The notes below the pieces were generated by a model. That model saw only the letters and a program-made list of their open reading frames with translations, made no database searches and had not been told where the DNA came from. DNA of 32,491 nt, taken from the NCBI GenBank assembly GCA_009602735.1, contig WELA01002181.1, forward strand, positions 156,708 to 189,198, in the 5' to 3' direction. This document shows, piece by piece, positions 9,609 to 19,700 of this stretch. Both the position numbers and the translations under genes were made by a program. Origin of the DNA: Mesotaenium endlicherianum. Taxonomy: Eukaryota. Position 1 is the first letter of the stretch. The number at the start of each line of letters is the position of its first letter.

Positions 9609-11285
9609 ATGGCGCCCACCACACAAAAGGAGGACAGAAAGCGCAAGGCAGAAGAAGCCAGGAGGACAATGGAGCAATACCAGAAGGAGCTGGCGGCGAC
9701 GTCCCTCACCAGGAGAGAACAAGAAAGGGTCCGCAAACAACAAGAGGCGGCAGAAGAGGCACAGAGGAAGAAGGATCAGGAAGCGGAAAACCTCAGGAAG
9801 GCTGAGGAGGAGAGACAGAAGAAACAGCAAGAAGAAGCGGCAGCGGCAGAAGAGGAGAAAAGAAAAAAGATTGAAGCGGACAGACAGAAGAGCTTGGCCA
9901 CTTACAGGTATACTGTGGTGGGTGGCCAAAACTTCGATAACCTGAAGGAAGCATTGCTGGCAGCCCAGGAGATCAACAGGCTGGAACAGACAACACTGCT
10001 ACAGAAGGAAGGAGCTACAGCACTGGACAGGTACATCGAGACACACACCGGCGTGGTCCTTTACGAAGATTATGCTAAGATGGTGGGCTATACAGCAGAG
10101 CAGGCCCGGTATCTCGCAGATGATTCAGAGGACAAGCCGGTCCCCATACCGGGAATAGTGGGAGATCAGAGACTCATCCGGATGGTGAGCATGCGGCCCG
10201 ATAGCTTTAAGGATACGGTATTCTACCTCACACTCCTGCCAGCTTACAATGAAGTTGAGAGAAGGAGCTGGGAGTACTTGGCCAGGGAAGCAGGACAGCA
10301 GATGTTCTCTCCCCACTGGTTCCCGTGTAAACTGAGGAAGGCTGAGCACGGACCCCAGTACTACCAGCAGCCAACAGACTGGAGGTGGATGACCGTCACA
10401 AATAAGAAGCAGGAGTGTGACCGAGCCCAACCGGATGACTTCCACTATGGCCTAGACGGCTATCTCATCCTACCACCTCACATTGCCCCTTGGGACCCCA
10501 GGCTGAATGGATGCCTGAGCAATATGAATGCAGAGACCAAGGAACATAGGAGGAGGGGAAGAGACTACTTCTCTAAGGGAAAGCATGCCTTTGTCAAATG
10601 GGCAAAGAATGCAGGCCGGATAGATATCAGTAGGCTGAAGGCCAAGCAACCTCCAGCGCGCCCTAAGAAAGGGAGGTCGGTAGACTACTCCATGTCTACT
10701 AGGGAGCAGGACGACTTAGTGGACGAGACCCCTACTCTCTCCGAGGAGGAGGATGAGGAGGATGAGGAAGAAGAACAAGGCAGAGGAGAAGCATCAGCAG
10801 CAGGTACTCAGGATACCCAGGGACAGGCAGTGGCACTTCCTAAAGAACCACGATCAGGTGTGTGGAATGTGATCCCCGTTATGGCGACAACTGGACCCCG
10901 CGCTCGCTCCCCCAGCCCACCTGCCCAAGCAGGGGAAGAAGCTGATCTGACTGTACTGGGCAGCAGACACAGACAGAAATCCCCAGAGGACAGGGGTGCC
11001 AGAAGAGGGACACGCGGGTGGGCCAGAGGTATGCCAGCCTCCCCCTCCGCTCAGGGGCATGTACCTCTAGCCAATGTATTTCAGCATCCTACTGGAATGC
11101 CTGTCTATGTGGGAATCAACACCCAAATAGTTGAAGAGCAGGCCACCATCCTCCGTTCTCCCCGAGGGCCAACTTTAGAGCAAACAGGGTTCTTTAGAAG
11201 GCCAGCTGACAGACCTAGAGGGCTGTCCAGATCTAGGTCCAGATCTCCGTCTCCTGATTCTGAAGCCCCAGGAACAACCCCTTAA
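9609..11285 (+). CDS. Extra ORF3 of family A (558 aa), unknown function, not Env-like
   Basis: Uninterrupted sense ORF between pol and the PPT; N-terminal E/K/R/Q helix, aromatic-rich central domain, basic clusters, poly-E/D tract, RSRSRSPSP tail; the start is conserved in A3 (28175). Confidence 0.88.
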   Translation: MAPTTQKEDRKRKAEEARRTMEQYQKELAATSLTRREQERVRKQQEAAEEAQRKKDQEAENLRKAEEERQKKQQEEAAAAEEEKRKKIEADRQKSLATYRYTVVGGQNFDNLKEALLAAQEINRLEQTTLLQKEGATALDRYIETHTGVVLYEDYAKMVGYTAEQARYLADDSEDKPVPIPGIVGDQRLIRMVSMRPDSFKDTVFYLTLLPAYNEVERRSWEYLAREAGQQMFSPHWFPCKLRKAEHGPQYYQQPTDWRWMTVTNKKQECDRAQPDDFHYGLDGYLILPPHIAPWDPRLNGCLSNMNAETKEHRRRGRDYFSKGKHAFVKWAKNAGRIDISRLKAKQPPARPKKGRSVDYSMSTREQDDLVDETPTLSEEEDEEDEEEEQGRGEASAAGTQDTQGQAVALPKEPRSGVWNVIPVMATTGPRARSPSPPAQAGEEADLTVLGSRHRQKSPEDRGARRGTRGWARGMPASPSAQGHVPLANVFQHPTGMPVYVGINTQIVEEQATILRSPRGPTLEQTGFFRRPADRPRGLSRSRSRSPSPDSEAPGTTP

Positions 11286-11361
11286 GGTGACACGCTGAAG
11301 AGGCAATCAGTAGGGAGGCTGGTCAGGTTCAGTTCCCTTCTTTAAAATTTCTGCAGTTTAA

Positions 11362-11397
11362 TGTTGTCGAGGCGACAACAAGTTAAGTTGGAGGGAT
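11362..11397 (+). promoter_or_regulatory. Terminal polypurine tract with an upstream stem-loop
   Basis: TGTTGTCG-AGG-CGACAACA (11362-11380); AAGTTGGAGGGAT (11385-11397) abuts the 3' LTR. Confidence 0.85.
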
Positions 11398-12119
11398 TGT
11401 AATGAATCAGTATATTAGTGGATATAATATTCATTTAAATATAATAGTTAATTAAATTCAGCTTGCTGAACTTTAGTTAATAGTCAGTCTGCTGGACTTT
11501 ACATAATTATCAGTTTAATGACTCAGTAAAAAGCAGCAGGCTGAAAGTCCATATAAGTCAGCTTGCTGACACATTCTTTGACAGCAAGCTGACTTCCGTA
11601 CTCGGTAGCAGCGAACTGCCTTGATATGCATCTAAGTGCGATATGCTAGATGAATAGCCAGATGACATCCCTATGATGGATGGCTATTCGGGATGATGGG
11701 AGATGGCGGTGGATTTGGTTAACCGAGGTCCTACCAACGTGGTTAACTCCCGGGTAGGCGGTCCCATCGCACTGACCGTTGAATAGTAAACTCATTCCAT
11801 GTACATATGCTAGGCATTGCCCTCGAGTTCGACATTCGGAAACGAGGCCAACTCTCTTGTACAGCTTACTGAGAGAGATCTGAATCCAAGGCGAGAAGCC
11901 ATTGATACGCACTGTCTTCTAACCTTGCTTATGTATGAGTTTACTGATTTGCATTATTGATGCTAGTTTACTCTCATTTGACAGACGAGTATTATTTACT
12001 GCTAGTGCGTTGTCCTTTTGCCGTTTAAACAGTTAACGAAAAGTACCATAAAGATTACTTGCTGATATAAAGATCTTTATTAATTGTTAATCGCCTATTT
12101 GGTAAGTCGATTCATTTCA
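11398..12119 (+). repeat. 3' LTR of A1 (722 bp)
   Basis: Direct repeat of 3644-4364, followed by TSD CAAGT. Confidence 0.97.
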
Positions 12120-12309
12120 CAAGTGTAGACAAAAAATTACGCCGAATTTTGTTGAAGGGAGCTTTAAGAAAGACTCTGAGAGATTCCATGAACTTTTTGA
12201 GGAACTATACCAACGGGAAAGTGAGCAGCAAGAGCAGCCAGAGGCGGGAAAAGCACCCGAGAGTCAAGATGATCCTCAAGCATCTTTTAGACTGTCTCAG
12301 GTAGTCATT

Positions 12310-13380
12310 TTGGACACACAAGTTAGTACAGAGTTGCAGGGGACTGAAACTAGCCTTACTGACAGTGAACCTAGCAAGAAGAGGGACAGACCTGCAGGTT
12401 CAAACAAAGTAGCAGCCTCTGCTGTAAGAAGCAAAGCCATGTTTCATGGCAAGTGTATGTCTAGTAAGAAAGGCAAGGAAGTTTTTTTCGACTCCGAGTC
12501 TGGGTCTGACAGCTGCAGCTTTGAAAAAGAAGACTTCTCAGATTTTGAAGACATAGAGGAGATTCATCTTGCAGCAACCACGATAGAGGAGGAGGAGGAG
12601 GAGGAGTATGAAGAGGTGTGGGACTGGAAGGAGCCTGCTCCTGGAGACACCTTTCAAGAAGACCTGCTGCAGCCAAGTGAAGAACATCACCATGGCCTCC
12701 AAGGCATTTGAAACAATAGATTCAAAGGTCTGATTCCCTTTGGCATCTCTTGTCTTTTCATGCCTATTGCTTTTTTCCAGCAATTGGTTGTGGAGACAAA
12801 CAACTATGCATCACAACACACTGTGAGGGGCTGGATTCCTATGACATGCACAGAGATGGTTGTCTTCCACGGATTGTGCATAGCTATGGGGCTACATGCT
12901 CTTTCTAGGCTAAATGGTTACTGGCAGAAGACAGTGAAAGGACCTATCACTCTTTCTAGCTTTGGCACGTTCATGAGCAGGAATAGATTCAAACAAATAA
13001 TAAAAAAAATCATGTCAAGGACAATGGACAGAGAGCTTGTTTTCCTGTAAACTTTAGAGCATACAAATTTTGGCTTTTGCAACCTTTCACAGATTTGTGC
13101 CTAGAGAACTTTGCAACCAAGGTTTCAGCAACACAACTTACAGTGGAAGGCAGATTCACTGGAAGTTACTTTCCTATAGAATTTGAGAAAAGGAAGGATT
13201 GTGTCGTGTGTGTTGCGGGTACGTTTGGACAACATGCCAATAGAAAGAGAGCTAAACATAGTGATTACAAGTGTGTCTTGTAATGTGTACCTGTGTGCTG
13301 CTCCCTGCTTTAAAGTATACCACACCACCAAGATTATACCTCATCTAGATGAAGGACCTTTCAGGGAGAAGAGGTCTTAA
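12310..13380 (+). pseudogene. piggyBac transposase remnant lacking most of the catalytic DDD core
   Basis: Acidic N-terminal region; LVVETNNYA...W...MG...YW...FGTFMSRNRFKQI (start of the PGBD/DDE_Tnp_1_7 domain); C-terminal Cys-rich RKDCVVC...YKC../CNVYLCAAPCFKVYHT; several frameshifts. Confidence 0.82.
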
Positions 13381-14551
13381 GAGACACAAATAGGCGAGAA
13401 AAGATGGAACTGAGCTAATATGGTAGGAAGTGCTAATAAGTGTAGTAAGACTTAGTGAGATGTATGAAGACATGACATTAATGGGTTCATCGTCTTGTAT
13501 TTTATTTTAAATATATTTTTTTCAAAAAAAAGAGTAGATGTTCACTTTGCTTCTAAATGTTAATTAATTGTAGTACTTAAATGATTTTTCAAATATTTGA
13601 AGTTGAAAACATTATATTCAAATAGCCAAGAAAGCAATTATGTGCTATGCTAAAGTTTAGATCTTTGTGATATGTGTGCACTTCACAAAGTCATGCTATG
13701 TGAAGCTGTGCATTAAAATATTTGTTGCATCATGCTTTTTTCGCGCATCATATTTGGTGCATATTTGCTAAAAGCTCCATAAGGCAGAGTACTTCTCCAA
13801 TGTAGTAACTACCTTACACATACTCCTGGCTAAATTCCCATGCACTGGAAACGGAGGCCCCTAGAGTTATAAAGACCCAAGTTTTGTTGTTTTGGCGGTA
13901 GTTTCTTGGATATTCTTTTCAATCTTTTCACTCTAAAAAAATTCATCTTGAAAAAAAGGGGATGTGGTCAGAAAGATTGTGATGTAAGCTTTCCAAATTT
14001 CATAGTATGATTGAATTACTATTGTGATCACAGAAAACTCAGGCGTAAAGGTAGTAAATGGATCAAAAAAGTGTGAGTTACTGTGGGATATCTAGTGTTA
14101 AGAATCAACTAATCTTTAACTTTGCAATTGTTTTGGTTTCAGACGCGCATATAAATTTGTTTATTGGAAAAGTCCCAGTATCTACCATAGGGTCAACTTG
14201 GAGTATATTCATGGACTTTTGGCTATTACCGTTGCTCTATTGCAACTCTATGTTCTTGGTGGACAACACTCTTTCCCCCTCTGCCAGGACCCACTAGTAG
14301 GATTTGCATCAACCCCACTAGAATTGTAAAATATTCCCTAATTACGGTGGTTGAAGTGTGGATCATTTATTCTTGGTCCTTTGAAAAGTGGGTCAAAGCC
14401 AATTGAAGAGTCTTCTTCTGAGCTACATCCGGAATTGCTTGATGAGAAGTATAATTAAGTGTTTGTAGATAATAATAAAAAATCCTCCTTATCTATGGTA
14501 CACTTTATATAAATATACTTCATTCGAAGTGTAAAAATATGCAAAAAAGAT

Positions 14552-15260
14552 TGTAATTTATCAGTGTATTGGTAGATATAATGTTCATATTAATATAATG
14601 ATTAATTAAGTTCAATTTGCTGAATTTTAGTTAATATTAAGTCTGTGGACTTTTAGTAATACTCAGTAGAATTACTTAGCCGAGGGCAGCAGGCTAAAGT
14701 CAACTTGGGTCAACTTGCTGACACATTCTTTGACAGTCAACTGACTTTCATACTTGATATCAGCGAATTGCTTAGTCATGCAACTAAATGATATACTAGA
14801 TGAGTGGCCAGATGACATCTTTAGGATGGATGGCGACTTGGGATGATGGGAGATGGCTGTGAATAGCCGAAGTCTTACCGACGTGGTGAACTCCCGAGTA
14901 GGCGGTGCCATCGCACTTGCCGTTGAACATTAATATTATTCCATGTACATATGTTAGGTAATGCCCTCGAGTTCGGCGTTCGGAAACGAGGCCAACTCTC
15001 TTGTACCGCTTACCTAGAGAGATTTGAATCCAAGGCGAGAAGCCATTGATACGCACTGCCTTCTAGCTTTGCTTATGTATGAGTTTATTGATTGCATGTT
15101 TGATGCTCGTTCACTTGCATTTGACGCGTGAGTATAATATTACTAGTTGTGGAATTTTTTTCTGTTTACTAAGTAACCAAAAATTACCATGAAGATTACT
15201 TGCTGATATAAAGATCTTTTATTAATTGTTAATGGCCTATTGGTAAGTTGATTCATTTCA
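14552..15260 (+). repeat. 5' LTR of A2
   Basis: TGTAATTTATCAG...GATTCATTTCA, a diverged homolog of the A1 LTR, followed by a PBS. Confidence 0.92.
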
Positions 15261-15294
15261 GTGGTATCGGACCTCTTATCACAACTTTTGTTGT

Positions 15295-16763
15295 GTGGTA
15301 ACAACACGGTCTCAGACTAGTAACTCTTGAGATATGGAATATCAAGATAATGAAATTAGAGAAATTCAGGGTGAAAACGAAGATGTAAAATTTTGCACTT
15401 ATGCTGAGGTACTTGCAGCTAGAGAGGCCAGAGAGGCTGAGGAAACGGCGGCGGCCCTCGATGTAGTAGCAGCCCAGCAAGTTGAAGAAGATCTCATCAA
15501 AAGAGAGGCAAAACGATTAGCTAAGGCAGAAGAGGAGGCAGATGCTGAAAATCGGCGTTTGGCTGACAACAGAACGGTGGGAGATATGATGGCAAAGAGG
15601 GCCAGTCTCCTTAACCAACTTTCTGCTGGAGCTACTACTGTACCTCTCACCCAGATAAGTAGACAGTTAGGCGAGGCAGAAATTGCTAATGCAGCAACAG
15701 TAGGAAACGCCAAAATTGCTGCTGAGCAATTGAATGCTGCTGCTGCTGCTATGGCTAGATTGCAACCTCTGAATGTTGATTTGGGTGCATTGTTCGTTCA
15801 AATGCAATCTCAAATGACAATGATGTATCAATCCCAATAGGAAGACAAGAGGATCATGATGGCATTGTTGCGTGAGAAGGACCAATCGAGGTCTCACACT
15901 ACTGGTGGTGGTAGGGGCTCTAGCAAGCCCAAGCCAAAGTTACCTCAGAACTATGATCCTGATGGAAACAAAAAGTATTTGCTCCTAAAGTTTCTCGGTG
16001 ATGTTGAGCAGTGCCTAGAAAATTATTAAGACATGCAAGATTCTGGAAAGATCTGACACACCGGTATTGTGCTGAAAGGCAGCGCAGTAGACTGGTGACT
16101 CGTTTACAAAGGAGAGCGTAGGGCTTGGTCACCCTATATGGGAAGAGTTCGTTGAGCAGTTCCATGAGAAGTTTGATGGTATTAATCAGATGGAGAAAAA
16201 TTATCTATGCAACGATCTCCTTGTCACTGAAGCAGACTATTTCAGTTGCTGAGTATGCGTAGAAGTTCCAGAAAACATGATGAAACAGCCTGCGTTGCCA
16301 GAGCTATATAAAATTGCATACTTCCAATTTGACTTGAAGTCTGAGATCTTCATTCATTTCGCTGAGAAAGTATGAGAAGCTGGCTGACTTGATCCAAAAT
16401 ACTCATGCTTAGAATCAGCAGCAGTTCAACCATAAGCGCCAAAATACTGCTTTGGAGGTTAAGATTGTCAAAAAGCCACATGGTTTCTACAACGCAATTG
16501 AAGGAGACCAGGCTGAGGATGATCAGATGGATGAGCAAGAGTACTCTGGGTATGAGTACAATGCAATGCTTTCTAGAGGGAGAGGTGGGTACTTTTGAGG
16601 AGGCTTTGGAAGAGGTGGTGGTAGGACTAAGCCGAGACCAGCCTCAGCAAACTCAATTTGCTACGATTGCCAAGAGAGAGGCCACTACAGGGAGCAGTGT
16701 CCTAGAAAACACCTACCAAAGGTGGAAAGAAAGGACCAATCTTTAAAAGACAGCAATAGTCAG
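15295..16763 (+). pseudogene. gag: gag pseudogene of A2
   Basis: [15 protein letters not shown] shared with A1, diverged N-terminus, multiple stops and frameshifts; retains the RGG-rich segment and knuckle region. Confidence 0.88.
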
Positions 16764-19700
16764 TCTACTGGCTGTGAGGATGCTAGAGATGGTGAGTCAT
16801 TGCTAGCCGTCCTCGTAGCAGGTGTTATGAGCCCTGCTGAACTGGATTTACTATGCATACCTGTCAACGAGATAAAGGAAACCATTAACAATATTTATCT
16901 CTAGAGAGTGCACACTTTGGATGGACTTGTTCCACCTGATTTCCAACATTTCTTTGCCAAGTCAGGACAACAATGCGAAAGTCAGGAAGAGTCAATTCTC
17001 CCTTTTCTACTGCATTGTATAATTGCAGGTAGAAAAGTAAGGGTAATTGTTGACGGAGGGGCGTCACATACTTTTATCCATAAGGACTTAGTTAAGTGGC
17101 TAAGGCTGCTTACTGTCACCCAAGGGAATTGAAAAATATCCCTTGGAAATGCCTCAAGTACCTCGGAAGAAATTATAACCAAGCCTATTGAGATCGAGTA
17201 AGGTTCCGGCATTGCAATCTTAACTGAAACGCTCACATTTGAGGTACTCAACACTGGCTTCTATGATCTTTTGTTAGGGAGGTCTTGGCTGAACAGACAT
17301 AAAGGTTGAAGTGTGTGGGAGCAGAGGTACAATTAAAGTGAGAGAGACCAGTGATGGGCAGACTAACTTGGCACCCACCAGTGTCCCTCCTCTTGTCCTG
17401 TATGGATGGCAAATAAAGGAAAAAAAGGCTTCAGGAAGATGCAAGTTGTTGAATGCGATGGAGTTCGTCCAAAGCCAGAAGGAGGACATAATGTTTTGCC
17501 TCCTGCTCAAAGAGGTTCCTCCTTAACCTGAAGAAGTGGTTCAAAAAAAGGTAAGACCTCCGGAGCACCCACAGCTGCAAAAGTTGTTGCTCAGTATGAC
17601 GATGTTTTTAACATGCCCCCAAGACTGCCTAAGAGGGAAGTAGATCGTAAGATTTATCTGGTGCCTGGGAGCCAGCCTCCTTGGCAGCGCACTTATGGGT
17701 CGTCTAATGTGAAGAGTGAGGAATTAAAAAGACAAATTCAAGAATTCGAGGAGAATGGGTACATATCTCCTGGTAAGTCCTTTTATAGCGCACCAAATGG
17801 CAGTATGCGAACGTATGTGGACTATAGAGCATTGAATGGAATCACTGTAAAGAACAAGTATGCTTCACCTAAAATCAAAAACTTGCTTGATACACTTTAT
17901 GGAGCTACAGTGTAAAGTAATATTGACCTTAAGAGTGAATATCATCAAATCAGAGTTGCTGAGGGAGATGAACACAAAGCTGCTTTCCGCACAAGGTATG
18001 AACATGAGTATAGTGTGATACCTTTTGGTCTGACCAATGCCCTTGTTACCTTTATAGGTGCTATGAATAACATTTTCAGACCTTATTCGGATAAGTTTGT
18101 GAAAGTCTTTTTGGATGACATTCTAATCTTCTCTGAAATTGACTCTAAGCATGCCGAGCACCTTCGGATAATAATGGACACTCTCAAGAAGAATAAAATA
18201 TATGCTAAAATGAGCAAGTGTGATTTCTTTAAAAAAAGTATTGAATTCTTGGATTATGTTGTCAGTAAGGCAGGCTTCAATGTGGACCCCAAGATAGTCC
18301 AGACAATAAAGGACTGGTCAGTACCTCAACCTGTATCAGAGATCAGATCATTTCTCGGATTGGCTAACTACTACAGGAGATTCATTGAGAATTACTCCAC
18401 TAGGGCCAGTAAATTGACTGACCTCACCAAAAAGAACATAGAATATATGTGGGGGGAAGAGCAGCAAGCTGCCTTCTAGACCCTCAAAGATGCTCTGTAC
18501 TTTGCCCCGGTTCTCGCTATATAGGACCCCAACAAGCCTGTGCAGGTGGTTACTGATGCTTCTGACTTTGCCATGGGTGCTGTTTTGTTGCAGCCTGCTA
18601 ACAAAACCATAAAGGATGGTAAAGTAAAGCAGGACTGGCACCCTGTACTGTATGAGTAGATGAAGTTCAATCCAGCTGAGACCAATTGTTTTGTGCATGA
18701 TAAGGAGCTGTTAGCTATCATATATGTTCTCAAACGGTGGAGAGCATATTTACATGGAAAAGTTTTTAAGGTGATTACATATCATCTAGCTCTAATCCAT
18801 TTTTAGAGAAAGTTCAAGCTGTCGAGGAGGGAGAACCGTTGGAGCCAGATGCTGGAGCAATTCCAAGTCCAAATTGACTACAAACCAGAGAAGTTGAATC
18901 TTACTGATACCTTCTCTAGAAGACCTGATTTGCAAAAAAGGAATTTTGATCAACATGCTGTTGATAAGGTCCTTTGTGCATTTGCTTCACTACAGGTGAA
19001 AAGTCCTTCCATGAACAACTTAAAAAAGCTTACCTTTCTGACCCAATATTCGAGCCCAATCCAACTGATGGCTGTCGTGCGTTACGAGGTCGGGTGCGCC
19101 ACATAGGTACAAGCAACACATCATAAGCAAGCAGGCTTTGCTGCAATGAAGTCTATAATACATGCAGCTTTATAGCCAAAAAGGGAGTCAAGTCTCAAAT
19201 GTTTTAATCAAGGGAGTGTGTACTTTCCAGAGTGAGCACCTCAAGACTGTAATCTGGTAGGAAAACAACTAATGAAGTATGGCCCAAAAGATCACTGGAA
19301 GCACATCATGATCTTCAAGAGTAGTCCCATGCAAGGGTTCAAGCTGTGACTTTGCTCACTACTTGTGAAGTTCTTCAAGTGACTAGAAGCCACGATGGCT
19401 TGCTCTTCACAAGAGAGTGACTAAGTGGTCTGAAAACACAAGAGATAAAAGTGTAAGCTTACAACTGGCATAATGAGGACTTCTAAGAAGATGTCTTTCT
19501 AGGGACAACTCTGTTACTTATACTCCTGGAAACCCGGCGTGGTATGCGGCGGATTCAATGCATCTACTCACACTAGGAGGCTCTCCTATGTCCACTAATG
19601 TGTACAAGACATGTAATAGCACTCCTATAGGCTAAGCATAACTCAAACCAATCAAAGCAGGGCACGTAGAATATGCTATGTGTCTCTCATTGGTGGAGCT

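Larger units (their letters stand above)
3644..12119 (+). mobile_element. Ty3/Gypsy chromovirus A1 (Tcn1-like), LTR-gag-pol-ORF3-LTR, 8476 bp
   Basis: Paired LTRs with TG...CA ends; TSD CAAGT at 3639-3643 and 12120-12124; PBS and PPT present; pol order PR-RT-RH-IN-chromodomain. Confidence 0.97.
3168..14097 (+). mobile_element. piggyBac-like DNA transposon, internally deleted (~2.45 kb once Gypsy A1 is removed)
   Basis: TTAA(3164-3167)|CACTAGATAGCCC ... GGGATATCTAGTG|TTAA(14098-14101), TIRs match at 12/13; subterminal palindrome GTCAAATTGAC at 3316-3326; transposase remnants at 12310-13380. Confidence 0.85.

Noticed and set aside
9486..9945. Arg/Lys-rich ORF 9559-9945 and Leu/Phe-rich antisense ORF 9486-9929
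   Set aside because: Shadow frames of the purine-rich ORF3 helix region.
9609..11285. ORF3 as an envelope gene
   Set aside because: Env-like position, but no signal peptide or transmembrane segment, and the composition is highly charged.
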